Shown one piece after another: positions 29,506-39,892 of a stretch of 64,000 bases of DNA. The DNA lies in the NCBI GenBank assembly GCA_963802945.1, contig CAWDKY010000015.1:192001-256000 (forward strand), read 5' to 3'. The notes beneath the pieces were generated by a model. That model made no database searches. It had not been told where the DNA came from and was given only the letters and a program-made list of their open reading frames with translations. The translations under genes were made by a program, and so were the position numbers. The DNA comes from an uncultured delta proteobacterium (lineage in GTDB: Bacteria; Desulfobacterota; RBG-13-43-22). Position 1 is the first letter of the stretch. Every line of letters begins with the position of its first letter.

Positions 29506-31820
29506 CGGCCCTCCAAAAACGGCGCCAGATGGGCCTGCAGCCGTTCCTTGTTTTTTTCCAGGGAAAGATCTTTAAGCCTTTCCTTTTGACGGGCAATAAT
29601 ATTTTCTCGAAGGTCCTGATCCTCCAGGACCAGGGCCATCAGTTCAGCAATGGCTTCGAAGTTTTTATCGGCAATGCCCAAGCCGGCTCTCCCCAAAGTT
29701 TCCGGGATACCGCCGGTTAAATAAGCAATCACCGGCAAACCAAAAAACATGCTTTCCACCAGAGGGACACAAAACCCTTCGTGCTCACTCAAACAAAGAT
29801 AGAGATGAGAGGCCGCATAATAGGTGATGAGTTCCCGAAAAGAGGCGAATCCGGCAAACAGGACTTTTTCAGTTAACTCCAACTCTTCAACCATCCTCTT
29901 GACAGCCCCGCTGTAATTGCGAACTCCGCTGTCCGTGCCGACTAAAATCAAACGGCTTTCGGGAAAAAGGCGTTTCTGAAACAGGTAAAAAACCTTGATC
30001 AGGTCTTCGATCTTTTTCTGAGGAACCAGCCGGCCGACATGAAGGATGTTGACCTTGCCATCCTGAAGACTTTTTTTAAGGGCTACCTCTTGGGCCAGAT
30101 GATAATTTTTGAAATCCAAAAAAATGGGCAAAACACCGGTCTTCCGAAATCCCGCCCGTTCCAGGTCCTGACGGTTAAAATCGGACACCCCTAAACCCAG
30201 GTCAAAATAAGGAGCCAGTTTTTTTAATTCTTCATAGCCCCAAGCGCAGCGCCTTTCCACTTCGGCATTGATCCCTTTGAAGAAGTGCGGAGGGGTGATA
30301 TTGTGATAAATCAGGATTTTTCGATCCGGAAGTCGTTTGACAAACTCCGAGAGTTCGGAACCGATGGAGAAATGAAAGATCAAGATTTTTTTAGGAGAGC
30401 CGATTTGTTGATATTCTTGAAAAGGACGGGCTATGCCGGCTAATCTGGAATGGACGTGTTGGGCGTAAATTTCAGAATCATAACCCCAATCTTTCAGGAC
30501 CTTCTGGATGCCCAAGACATCGTTGCCAATAGCATCACCGTAACTGAAATCGGGAAGCATCTGGTGAATAGAGATTTCTGACAGCCTTTGATGGCTTTTC
30601 ATGGGTTTCTCCTTCTGCTCGGATTCCCCGCTGCCTTCCAGGTCCTGCCAGGTTTTTCTGATCAATTGGATATACCGCCCGCTGATCAAACCCCAATGAA
30701 AATGGGAGAGGACATATTCCTTCCCGTTTCGGGCCATGGCCTTGGCCAAATCAGGGTTGTCTCTCATCTCCTGTAGGCATCCTTCAAATTCCAGGTAATC
30801 TTTAAAAAACAATCCTCCCTGACTGTTCTGGCAGTGTTCTACGGTTACCGGACAATGGGCGTTGACCAGGACCGGGGTCCCGCACAGCCAGGCTTCCATG
30901 ATGACAATGGAAAAACTTTCCATCACCGAAGGTTGGCAAAAAACCTCGGCCCCGCCATAGGCATCATATTTATCCTGTCTGGAGACAAAGCCCAGATCTA
31001 ATATGTCTTCCTGACTGTCGATGGGAATTTGTACCGGAAGATTCCCGATTAAAAGAAGCTTTAGGTTGGAAGGGTTGCGTTTTTTAAACAGGGCGAAATA
31101 ATTCATCAACAAAGGGGTGTTTTTCCCAGCATCCCTTCTGCCGGCATAAAGCAGGTAAGGATCTTTGATTTGAAATTTTTGGCGAAATCTTTCAGGATCG
31201 GAGCTTACTTCCGTATCAATCCCTTCGCCGAAAAGATGGGTTTGCGTCTCAGTTAAGCCATATAAACGCCGACCCAGATCCCGCTCAAACTGGGTATGAA
31301 AAACCATTCCCCGCACCCGGTGGAACAACTCACCCAGGATTTCGAGATGAGCATAACCTTCATCATGAAGGCAGGGGATAATGAAAGAATGATTCGGGTA
31401 TATCCCTGCCCCATAATAAGTGGTACTGAAAAGGTAAGGGATAAAAAATAAAAGAGTTCCCAGGCCATGAAGTCGGATGTGCTGATAAAGCAAGGGGCTA
31501 TTGATCATGTGCTGGAAAAAGAGGTCTTCCTCCTGGTAGGAAAGTTTCTCTCCGGTCATGATGCGGCGATTCAGGGCACTGAAAAGTTCCCCGTTTCGCG
31601 GGCTGACCGGGAACCTTGTGACCGGTACGCCGTTGGCTTGGGTCTCTCCGGCCGGATAATAATTTCGCGACCAGTTCCCTTCAAAGTCCTTAACACAGGT
31701 CGTCCAGACCTCCACCGAAATTCCCCGCTGATGGAGGTTCTCTATGGTTCTCCGGGCCTCGGCTTCAGCCCCTCCAGGGATATCCAGCCCATACCAGGGG
31801 CAGATAAAGGCAATTTTCAT
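29502..31820 (-). CDS. Tandem two-domain GT4 (GT-B) glycosyltransferase
   Basis: Two GT4 signatures: PSVMESFSIVIMEAW and LSEHEGFCVPLVESM. Confidence 0.88.
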   Translation of the reverse strand: MKIAFICPWYGLDIPGGAEAEARRTIENLHQRGISVEVWTTCVKDFEGNWSRNYYPAGETQANGVPVTRFPVSPRNGELFSALNRRIMTGEKLSYQEEDLFFQHMINSPLLYQHIRLHGLGTLLFFIPYLFSTTYYGAGIYPNHSFIIPCLHDEGYAHLEILGELFHRVRGMVFHTQFERDLGRRLYGLTETQTHLFGEGIDTEVSSDPERFRQKFQIKDPYLLYAGRRDAGKNTPLLMNYFALFKKRNPSNLKLLLIGNLPVQIPIDSQEDILDLGFVSRQDKYDAYGGAEVFCQPSVMESFSIVIMEAWLCGTPVLVNAHCPVTVEHCQNSQGGLFFKDYLEFEGCLQEMRDNPDLAKAMARNGKEYVLSHFHWGLISGRYIQLIRKTWQDLEGSGESEQKEKPMKSHQRLSEISIHQMLPDFSYGDAIGNDVLGIQKVLKDWGYDSEIYAQHVHSRLAGIARPFQEYQQIGSPKKILIFHFSIGSELSEFVKRLPDRKILIYHNITPPHFFKGINAEVERRCAWGYEELKKLAPYFDLGLGVSDFNRQDLERAGFRKTGVLPIFLDFKNYHLAQEVALKKSLQDGKVNILHVGRLVPQKKIEDLIKVFYLFQKRLFPESRLILVGTDSGVRNYSGAVKRMVEELELTEKVLFAGFASFRELITYYAASHLYLCLSEHEGFCVPLVESMFFGLPVIAYLTGGIPETLGRAGLGIADKNFEAIAELMALVLEDQDLRENIIARQKERLKDLSLEKNKERLQAHLAPFLEGR

Positions 31821-31941
31821 TTCGATTCTTCTGGTCTGTTTGGTCTATTTTGATTGTTTTGTTAATGTGAGGTGGGAGTCACTGGCCCTAAGTATTTTTT
31901 TTGCACCTATGGCCTAAAACCTTTTGCCTTATGCCTCCTGC

Positions 31942-33219
31942 CTATTTATATCCCAACACCGCATAATCCTGAAATCCATACAACAGGACATTGAGACCCC
32001 GGACGTTTTCGTTTAAGACCCGGGCCAGTTCATCCTCATAGGAATCATCCTCCCGGCGAACCATTTCTTTAAGCTTCATTTCCTCGGGAAAAGGAGAAAC
32101 ATAGAGAAGTTCCACCTGGCGAAATCCGAGAGATTCCCAGAGATAGCGGGCCGCCTCGGGATGGATCGGATTTTTATGGGAAAGGTCCAAATAGAAGGCC
32201 CCGCTGAAGATGGTCAGACACTGGGGATTAATCGTCTCAGCCAAAAGGAGTCCTCCGGGACGCAGCTTGGCAAAACCGACCCTGACCAATTCCCGGAGCG
32301 TTTCAGGATCCAGGTGTTCAATAACCTGGGACAAAAATATCCCGCCTAAACTTTGATCCGACAAACCCTTTAAATAGACCAGTCCGTCATTATGAACTGC
32401 CTCCAGACCTTTGGCCCGGCATTGGCGGACCATTTCCTGATTGGTATCCACTCCTGAGGCCGGGATTCGGGCCTCTTTTAAGAGTTCTAAAAACTCCCCC
32501 CGGCCGCAGCCGATATCCAGAACAGGCCCTTTTTCTTGGAAATAGGGCAGATAATTCTTCTGCTTCCATTTGACGGCTTCTTCGCTGCCCCGATGCAGGT
32601 CTTCAAAACGCACATATTCCGGCTCTCTGACTCTTGATTTCAAATCATCCACTCGGCTGTCTATTCCAACCGATGGGTTTTTCATTTCTTTAATTCTTGA
32701 CAATACATCTTCAAATACATTTTTTTGGGCTTTAAGTTCCTGAGGGATGGCTTCTAAGGATTGGGTTGTCTGTTCCCCCTTTTTTTCCAAAAGGGCCAGT
32801 TGTTTTTCCAGGGCGGACCAGTGAAAACGAAAATCCAAAACCATTTGATTTAACAGACGCACCAGTTCCACATTAAATTCCACCTGGCGTTTGAGCACCA
32901 CCTGAATATAAGGTTCGGTAAGTTTGCGGATCACCTTTTTGAATCCGGTGATCAGGGGCCCCAGGGCCTTACGATGCGAGGAGAGTTCCGGAGGTTTTCG
33001 GGTGTCGCACAGATAATTAATCTGTGATAAACGATATTGAATATCCCCTTCCTGAAAATCCGAATCTTCAGATTGGATCTGTAGGGTCATTCGGTCAATT
33101 TTTTCCAAATCCTCAGGAGAATATCTGCCGCTTTGCTTTTTCTCTTCAATCCGATGTAGGACGCTCTCCATGATACGGTCAACGTCCACTTTTTCTTTTT
33201 GTTGGTTGTTGTTTTCCAT
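31942..33219 (-). CDS. Coiled-coil plus class I SAM methyltransferase (glycan-capping candidate)
   Basis: SSHR..G..I..KK..RKL region, coiled coil, FEDLHRGS, LDIGCGRGEFL, QVIEHL, LLYGFQDYA. Confidence 0.8.
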   Translation of the reverse strand: MENNNQQKEKVDVDRIMESVLHRIEEKKQSGRYSPEDLEKIDRMTLQIQSEDSDFQEGDIQYRLSQINYLCDTRKPPELSSHRKALGPLITGFKKVIRKLTEPYIQVVLKRQVEFNVELVRLLNQMVLDFRFHWSALEKQLALLEKKGEQTTQSLEAIPQELKAQKNVFEDVLSRIKEMKNPSVGIDSRVDDLKSRVREPEYVRFEDLHRGSEEAVKWKQKNYLPYFQEKGPVLDIGCGRGEFLELLKEARIPASGVDTNQEMVRQCRAKGLEAVHNDGLVYLKGLSDQSLGGIFLSQVIEHLDPETLRELVRVGFAKLRPGGLLLAETINPQCLTIFSGAFYLDLSHKNPIHPEAARYLWESLGFRQVELLYVSPFPEEMKLKEMVRREDDSYEDELARVLNENVRGLNVLLYGFQDYAVLGYK

Positions 33220-33362
33220 TTAAATTCCTTCACCCGATATCTTGAGGAGTTAATTCTACTTTAATCCCTCTTACGTGTTGCGAGTTGTTGCTAAAAAGGG
33301 TTTGATTTCCCAGCCCGTATCCCGTAACTCGAAATGATATTTTTTATCTATTTTGTTGTGCC

Positions 33363-34606
33363 CTATTCCACAATCCAGCGATGGGGGATTCGATAAATCC
33401 CGGCATCTTTTTTGGCTGAACGGACGGAAAAGGAGATACAGCCGCTTTGATAATCGTAATTATGTCCGTCCCGGGCATGAACCGCCACATCCAACAAATA
33501 GTTACCTTCTATCAAATGGACCTGCTCGAGCTTAATCCCGATTCGGCCAGTTTTTTGAAGGGGCGGAAGCACCATTTCATCCAGATCGGTGTTGGTCCCA
33601 TAGCAGCAGGCCCCTTTGTCATCAACAACGGCTATACCGAAAACGACATCCGGGGTGGGGCGATGAACCTGAAAATGCATTTCTATGAGTATGTCTTCTC
33701 CGTCCTGAAAAACGTGTCTATCCCGGCCTTGGCTGTCCAATATCCGGAGTCCGGGTAATTTCGATGTCCCCATTCCCCCACCGATCTCTGGAAACATATC
33801 TTTCCGCCTCGCTTAAGGACGCCTGGGCTTGTTCTTCCTTATAACGTTCATCATCCCTTCGGGCCACTTCCTGCCGGTAGGCGTCTATCACCTGACGAGG
33901 GTCTCCCTGGGCCCGGATACATCCCGAGTCCAGCCACAAGGCCTGATCGCAAAACCGTTCCACGGTCGGCAGGTCATGGGTCACCAGGACAATGGTCTTC
34001 CCGGCTTTCTTGAAGGCCGTCATCCGGTCAATACATTTTCGGGAAAAGGATTCATCCCCCACGGCCAGGACTTCATCCACCAGCAAAATATCCGGGTCCA
34101 CATTGACGGCCACGGAAAACCCTAAACGCACATACATACCCGAGGAATAGGTCCGGACCGGAACATCAATAAAGGATTCCAATTCGGCAAAACGAACGAT
34201 CCGGTCAAACCGTTTTTCAATTTCTTTGCGGCTTAATCCCAGAATGGTCCCGTTAATAAAAACATTTTCCCGGCCGGTGAATTCCGGATGAAATCCCGCT
34301 CCCAATTCAATCAGGGAGGAGACCCGCCCGTTCATCCGAACCGTCCCGGAATCCGGTTTATAAATTCCGGTCATAATCTTGAGAAGCGTGCTTTTTCCGG
34401 ACCCGTTCCGCCCGATGACCCCCAGGCTGATTCCCTGGGGAATTTCCAGATCCAGATTTTGAAAAACAACCCTGGTTTCTTCTTTGGCTTCTGCCTTTTC
34501 CGGAAAAGGGATTCAGGAGCAGGGATTTCAAAGTAATATAATCCCGCCGCAGATTGGTTTGTTTAAATCCTTTGGAAATCCCTTTTAAGACAACGGCTGG
34601 GGGCAT
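33363..34606 (-). CDS. wzt: ABC transporter ATPase Wzt with C-terminal carbohydrate-binding domain; frameshifts near 34505 and 33754
   Basis: GRNGSGKSTL, YSSGM, LVDEVLAVGD, RWGNG..I(T)GLRI..; two single-base corrections in short runs join three ORFs. Confidence 0.85.
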
Positions 34607-34613
34607 AGATGGA

Positions 34614-35402
34614 TTATACCTTCTCGGCAAAGGTTTCTTTATACCGTTCAAAAAAGAACATGCCGATCCCTAATAGAATGAGTGACAGGACCAGAAAGGC
34701 CAGGAGAATTCGCAGGTCCGGGTTTCGGTTATAAAAAAAAATGTCCTGGTAGGACAATGTGATTTGGGTCATGGGAACGAGCTTCACCCATTTATTAAAA
34801 GGGGCCGGTACCTGGGAAAGGGGATAGAGAATGGGGGTTAAAAAAAACAAAAGGGTTAAAAAATTAGCCAGGATATGTTGGACATCCCTGAAAAAGACAT
34901 TGATAGTAGCCAGTATCAAAACCAATCCTTCGATAAACAACAAATGGAGAAAAAGGATCAACGGCAGCCAGAGCAGGGGCCACCCTTGATAGACCCCCAT
35001 GACCCATAGGAATGCGAAGAGAATCGGCAGACTCAATAAATAGTTTAACAAGTTGGCCAAAATCTTAACGACCGGCAGGACCTGACTGGGAAAGAGGACC
35101 TTGGTAACCAGGCTGCCGCCGGCGGTAATCGAGCTGGTCCCCTCCAGCAAAGAAGAGGAAAACCAGATCCAGGGGAGTAACCCGACAAACATGAATCCGG
35201 CATAATGTTCTATCCGAATTCTAAGGTAAAAATTAAACACCAGGGCATAGACCGCTAACAGTAAAAGTGGATTCAGGAAAGTCCACAAGAAGCCTAAAAA
35301 AGAACCTCGATAGCGGGCCTTGAGTTCTCGGACCACGAGACTGTTCACCAGACTCCGGTAACGGATCAATTCCTGGATATGTTGTCGGATCAATGAGAAC
35401 AT
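34614..35402 (-). CDS. wzm: ABC-2 permease Wzm
   Basis: RELKARYRGSFLGFLWTFLNP, FRDVQH, FFLTPILYP. Confidence 0.9.
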   Translation of the reverse strand: MFSLIRQHIQELIRYRSLVNSLVVRELKARYRGSFLGFLWTFLNPLLLLAVYALVFNFYLRIRIEHYAGFMFVGLLPWIWFSSSLLEGTSSITAGGSLVTKVLFPSQVLPVVKILANLLNYLLSLPILFAFLWVMGVYQGWPLLWLPLILFLHLLFIEGLVLILATINVFFRDVQHILANFLTLLFFLTPILYPLSQVPAPFNKWVKLVPMTQITLSYQDIFFYNRNPDLRILLAFLVLSLILLGIGMFFFERYKETFAEKV

Positions 35403-35412
35403 TCTTAATCTA

Positions 35413-35536
35413 AGAAGCCAGGAGTCAGAATTCAGAAGCCAGAATAAAAAAACACCGACAGGGTTGAATGATTGGAGCACTTGGAAGCCATTTTCTATCC
35501 TCTATTCTGGATTCTGACTTCTGTCTGCTGGCTTCT
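35413..35536. repeat. Inverted heptamer-repeat hairpin (AGAAGYC)n...(GRCTTCT)n
   Basis: Left arm 35413-35446, complementary right arm 35503-35536. Confidence 0.75.
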
Positions 35537-35539
35537 GTT

Positions 35540-36937
35540 TCAATAGGCTTCTTTGCTGAATACCCCCTTCCAAAGGGTCTTGATCAAAATCTTGGAGTCC
35601 AAGGGGAGAGACCAGTTTTCAATATAATACAGGTCGAATTCGACCCGTTTTTCCAAGGAGGTGTTGCCCCGCCAGCCGTGAATCTGGGCCCAGCCGGTCA
35701 TGCCAGCTTTCATCTTATGGCGCAACATATATTTGGGGATCTTGTCTTTGAAACTTTGGATCAGCTCCGGACGCTCCGGTCTCGGTCCGACCAGACTCAT
35801 CTCTCCTCTTAAAACGTTAATAAGCTGCGGCAGTTCATCCAAGCTGAATTTTCTTATTATGCGACCCACAAGAGTCCGCCTGGGATCTTCCTTCTGGGCC
35901 CAAATCGGTCCGCTTTCCTTTTCCGCTCCAACTACCATGGAACGGAATTTCAACATTTCAAAAATGCGACCGTCCAGACCCATCCTTGTCTGACGATAGA
36001 ATACCGGGCCTGGAGAGGTGGCCTTGACGGCCAAGGCAATCAACAACAGCAAGGGAGAAAACAAAATCAGAACCAGACCGGCCAGGAGAATATCGAAAGA
36101 CCTTTTCAGGATTCGATTCCAGCCGACCATGGGGGATTCCCTTAAATTAATAAAGGGCAGACCTTCAAATTCTTCCACTCCGCCCCGCAGGCTGATAAAC
36201 CGATATAAATCAGGAACGATTTTGATATCTACCAGTTCGTTGCGAATCCGGTTCAGAAGTTCTTCCAGATTCTGATGGGCGGTTAAGGACAAGGCAAAGA
36301 TGACCAGATTAATTCCCTGGTTTTGGATCACCTGATCAATTTCTTCATACAATCCCAGCACCTCGATCCCCTGGATATATGTCCCTACCTTTTGAGACAC
36401 CCGAGTTAAAAAACCATTGATTGTAAGGCCTAATTCAGGATGCTTCCTGATGGTTTCGGCTACATCTTGGGCCAATTTCCGGGTTCCAACAATCAAGACC
36501 CTTTCCGAACGGAGATGTTTTTTTTGCAGATCGAGGTAATAGCCTTTTAAAAACATCCGGCTCAAAGATAAGAACAGAAGACTCAGGAGACTAAAATAGA
36601 GAAAGACCAAGCGGGAAAATTCGGTTCTTTGAAAGAAAAAGGTAATAAAAACCAGGACCATCAAGGCGATGAAATTGGCTCTAAACAGGGCCATGACTTC
36701 CTGAGTTCGATTAAAAAAATATCTGTAAACCCCGGTGAGATGAAGGGTTACTATCCAGATGATGAGGGTAAAAAAAAGCAGGATCAAATAATCTCTAAGC
36801 AAAGGGATGCCTTTGGTCACCGGGATAAAGGGGGTATAAAATCGAATATAAAAAGCTGAAATCCAACAAACCGTGAGGATAAAGAGATCGTTAAAAAGAA
36901 ATAAGGATTGAAATAACTGCATTCTTTTTTTAAACAT
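35540..36937 (-). CDS. Undecaprenyl-phosphate glucose phosphotransferase (WcaJ-like priming transferase)
   Basis: KRSFDI, FEMLKFRSM, DPRRT, SLDELPQL.NV..GEMSLVGPRPE, GMTGWAQ, DLYYIENWS. Confidence 0.9.
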   Translation of the reverse strand: MFKKRMQLFQSLFLFNDLFILTVCWISAFYIRFYTPFIPVTKGIPLLRDYLILLFFTLIIWIVTLHLTGVYRYFFNRTQEVMALFRANFIALMVLVFITFFFQRTEFSRLVFLYFSLLSLLFLSLSRMFLKGYYLDLQKKHLRSERVLIVGTRKLAQDVAETIRKHPELGLTINGFLTRVSQKVGTYIQGIEVLGLYEEIDQVIQNQGINLVIFALSLTAHQNLEELLNRIRNELVDIKIVPDLYRFISLRGGVEEFEGLPFINLRESPMVGWNRILKRSFDILLAGLVLILFSPLLLLIALAVKATSPGPVFYRQTRMGLDGRIFEMLKFRSMVVGAEKESGPIWAQKEDPRRTLVGRIIRKFSLDELPQLINVLRGEMSLVGPRPERPELIQSFKDKIPKYMLRHKMKAGMTGWAQIHGWRGNTSLEKRVEFDLYYIENWSLPLDSKILIKTLWKGVFSKEAY

Positions 36938-37003
36938 GTTTTAACGGCCTCTTCATGGCTTAAGGGAGAAGGGAAGATCTGGCAGGAGAAAAAGAAAGGG
37001 CAT

Positions 37004-37366
37004 TCAGTCCCCGCGGGCCTTTTCCATAGCTTCTTCTTTTTTCTTGCAGTCGATACATTGGGTTGTGACCGGTCTGGCTTTTAAACGCTGCTCGGAAATA
37101 TCCTCACCGCATTTTTCGCAGATCCCAAAACTTCCATCCTCAATACGCTCCAGGGCTTCCTCAATCTTTAATATGAGCTTCCGTTCCCGCCCCCTTATCC
37201 TGAGGAGAAAGTTGCGATCCGATTCCAAAGTGGCCCGGTCGGTCGGGTCGGGAAAATTTTCTTTGGTGTCAGTCATTCCGCTAACTGTTTTTTGAGCTTC
37301 CTGAATCAAGACCTTCCTTTGTTCCTGCAGGAGTTTTTTGAAAAAAGCAGTTTTTTTGGCGTTCAT
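37004..37366 (-). CDS. dksA: RNA polymerase-binding protein DksA
   Basis: DPTDRA tip, CEKC..RLKARP..CIDC zinc finger. Confidence 0.92.
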   Translation of the reverse strand: MNAKKTAFFKKLLQEQRKVLIQEAQKTVSGMTDTKENFPDPTDRATLESDRNFLLRIRGRERKLILKIEEALERIEDGSFGICEKCGEDISEQRLKARPVTTQCIDCKKKEEAMEKARGD

Positions 37367-37376
37367 TATTCTTCTC

Positions 37377-37949
37377 CTATCCCTTTACCCGATGATTGGC
37401 TTGAGAAAATTCTCTCCTTAGGTAAAGTCCGCTCTTCCCTCCTGATTTTCTAATCAAACCGAGCTCTGTAATCTGAATCCCTCGATCAATGGCCTTACAC
37501 ATATCATAAATCGTCAGGGCTGCTACGGCCACGGCTGTCAAGGCCTCCATTTCTACCCCGGTTCTGTCGCTGGCCTGAACTTTAGCCAGTATAACGACCC
37601 GGGGTGGATTTTTTGCCAGCGTAAAGGAGATTTCCACTCCGGTAATCTGAAGCGGATGACACATAGGAATAAGATCGTGGGTCTTCTTGGCGGCCATAAT
37701 GGCCGAAACCTTAGCCACACTCAGCACATCCCCTTTTCGAAGGGAATTATTTTCAATCTTTTTTAAGGTTTCAGCTTTAATCCGGACGGTCCCCGAAGCT
37801 ATGGCCTCCCGTCGGGTTATCTTCTTGGCACTGACATTCACCATCCGGGCCCGGCCTTTAGGATCTACATGACTCCAATCCTTTAAGTCAGGGAGAGGAT
37901 TCCGATTCTCAAGCTTGTCAGGGGAGAGCTTTCCCGCCTTTTTTTCCAC
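37377..37949 (-). CDS. moaC: Cyclic pyranopterin monophosphate synthase; start uncertain
   Basis: [37 protein letters not shown]. Confidence 0.93.
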   Translation of the reverse strand: MEKKAGKLSPDKLENRNPLPDLKDWSHVDPKGRARMVNVSAKKITRREAIASGTVRIKAETLKKIENNSLRKGDVLSVAKVSAIMAAKKTHDLIPMCHPLQITGVEISFTLAKNPPRVVILAKVQASDRTGVEMEALTAVAVAALTIYDMCKAIDRGIQITELGLIRKSGGKSGLYLRREFSQANHRVKG

Positions 37950-38175
37950 TATCCTTTCCTATCTCTCTTCTTCCAATACTTAACTCTTTCTCGAAAGGAA
38001 AATCCACTTTCCCGGCAGCAATTTCCCTGAGGGCCACAACCACTTCTTTATTTTTTGACTGGATTCCAGGAGAATCCCCCGATCGTAATTGTTTAACCCT
38101 TTGAAATGCAAGATGAATCAGCGAAAACCGATTGGGAACTTGCTCAAGGCAATCTTCAATGGTAACTCTGGCCAC
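37918..38175 (-). CDS. rpoZ: RNA polymerase omega subunit
   Basis: [35 protein letters not shown]; GTG start after AGGAAGGAG. Confidence 0.92.
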   Translation of the reverse strand: MARVTIEDCLEQVPNRFSLIHLAFQRVKQLRSGDSPGIQSKNKEVVVALREIAAGKVDFPFEKELSIGRREIGKDSGKKGGKALP

Positions 38176-38359
38176 GATAGCTCCTTCCTGAAAGTATCTT
38201 TCTGGATTAAATTACTATTTATAATTCATTTCCTCCTAAATGTAAACGCTTTTCTTTAAAACATAACTGTTTTATTGGAAGAACTTCCTTGGCAAAGATT
38301 TCTTCTTTTTTTCTATAAATTATGTTAAAAAAACTAATGCTACGGATTGACCAAAGCCG

Positions 38360-39889
38360 ATGATTGCCAAAATTTTCAGCAGTGCCATTGCCGGGATTGA
38401 TGCTTATATCGTTCAGGTTGAGGTCGATATTGCCAGAGGATTACCGTCCTTTTCCACGGTTGGATTGCCGGAAGGCGCTGTTCGGGAAAGTAAGGACCGG
38501 GTCAAATCGGCCATTAAAAATTCTGGCTTTGAATTTCCCAGCCACCGGATTACCGTCAATCTGGCTCCGGCCGATATCAAAAAAGAAGGGTCGGCTTTTG
38601 ACCTTCCTATAGCCATAGGTATTCTTGCGGCCACAGAATTACTTTCTTCCTCCATCGTGTCGTCGTACTTGATCTTAGGAGAACTTTCCCTGAATGGAGA
38701 AATCAAACCGATTCGGGGGACATTACCGACGGCTTTATCCGTTAAAGATAACGGTTTTCGCGGATTGATTGTTCCAGAGGCCAATGCTTTGGAAGCCTCG
38801 GTCGTAGAAGGCATTGAGATCATTCCGGCCCAGACCTTAGGGCAGGTGGCTGAATTTCTAAAAGGCATTCCATCTATCGGCCCCTTGCATCGGGATCAAA
38901 GCCGGCCTTTTTCTTTTCTTCAGGATTATCCTTTTGATTTTAATGAGGTGAAAGGGCAGGAGCATGTCAAACGAGCCTTGGAAATTGCAGCTGCCGGAGG
39001 CCATAACATTATTATGGTTGGCCCTCCCGGTTCAGGAAAAACCATGCTGGCCCAAAGGCTTCCTTCTATCTTACCTGATCTGACATTTGAAGAGGCCCTG
39101 GAAACCTCAAAAATTTACAGCGTAATAGGCCTGATGCCGGAAGATCAGGCCCTGATCACCTCCAGGCCTTTCAGGTCTCCTCATCATACGGTCTCCGATG
39201 CCGGCTTGATCGGAGGCGGTCAAATACCCCGACCTGGTGAAGTCAGCCTGGCACATAACGGGGTGCTCTTTTTAGACGAATTACCTGAATTCAAAAAAAA
39301 CGTCCTGGAAGTCCTTCGGCAGCCCCTTGAGGACGGTCGGGTGACCATTTCCCGGGCGATCACCTCGCTGACCTATCCAGCTCGTTTTATGCTGGTGGCG
39401 GCCATGAATCCCTGCCCTTGCGGATTTCTCTCCGATCCCCTGCGGGAATGTCATTGCACCTATCCACAAATCCGACGCTATAAATCAAAAATATCCGGGC
39501 CCCTGTTGGATCGTATTGATCTCCATGTAGAGGTTCCCTCGGTTAAGTTCAAAGAATTGGCCGGTCAATCTGATGGAGAACCATCGGAAACCATCCGGAA
39601 TCGTGTCAAGGCCGCCAGAGAAAGGCAAAAAAGCCGTTTTTCAAATAAAAGCCTATTTTGCAACGCCCAGATGGGACCGAGATTGATAAAAAAGTATTGT
39701 GCCCTTTCTCCTGATTCCCAAAGTCTTCTGGAACAGGCCATGGAATATCTGGGATTGAGTGCCCGGGCCTATCATCGCATCTTAAAAATCTCCCGGACCA
39801 TTGCCGATTTGGAAAATGAGGAAAACATAAGTCCAAATCATGTCTCAGAAGCCATCCAATACCGGAATTTAGACCGCCGACTCCTTTAG
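38360..39889 (+). CDS. comM: YifB/ComM Mg-chelatase-like AAA+ ATPase
   Basis: [55 protein letters not shown]. Confidence 0.92.
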   Translation: MIAKIFSSAIAGIDAYIVQVEVDIARGLPSFSTVGLPEGAVRESKDRVKSAIKNSGFEFPSHRITVNLAPADIKKEGSAFDLPIAIGILAATELLSSSIVSSYLILGELSLNGEIKPIRGTLPTALSVKDNGFRGLIVPEANALEASVVEGIEIIPAQTLGQVAEFLKGIPSIGPLHRDQSRPFSFLQDYPFDFNEVKGQEHVKRALEIAAAGGHNIIMVGPPGSGKTMLAQRLPSILPDLTFEEALETSKIYSVIGLMPEDQALITSRPFRSPHHTVSDAGLIGGGQIPRPGEVSLAHNGVLFLDELPEFKKNVLEVLRQPLEDGRVTISRAITSLTYPARFMLVAAMNPCPCGFLSDPLRECHCTYPQIRRYKSKISGPLLDRIDLHVEVPSVKFKELAGQSDGEPSETIRNRVKAARERQKSRFSNKSLFCNAQMGPRLIKKYCALSPDSQSLLEQAMEYLGLSARAYHRILKISRTIADLENEENISPNHVSEAIQYRNLDRRLL

Positions 39890-39892
39890 AAA

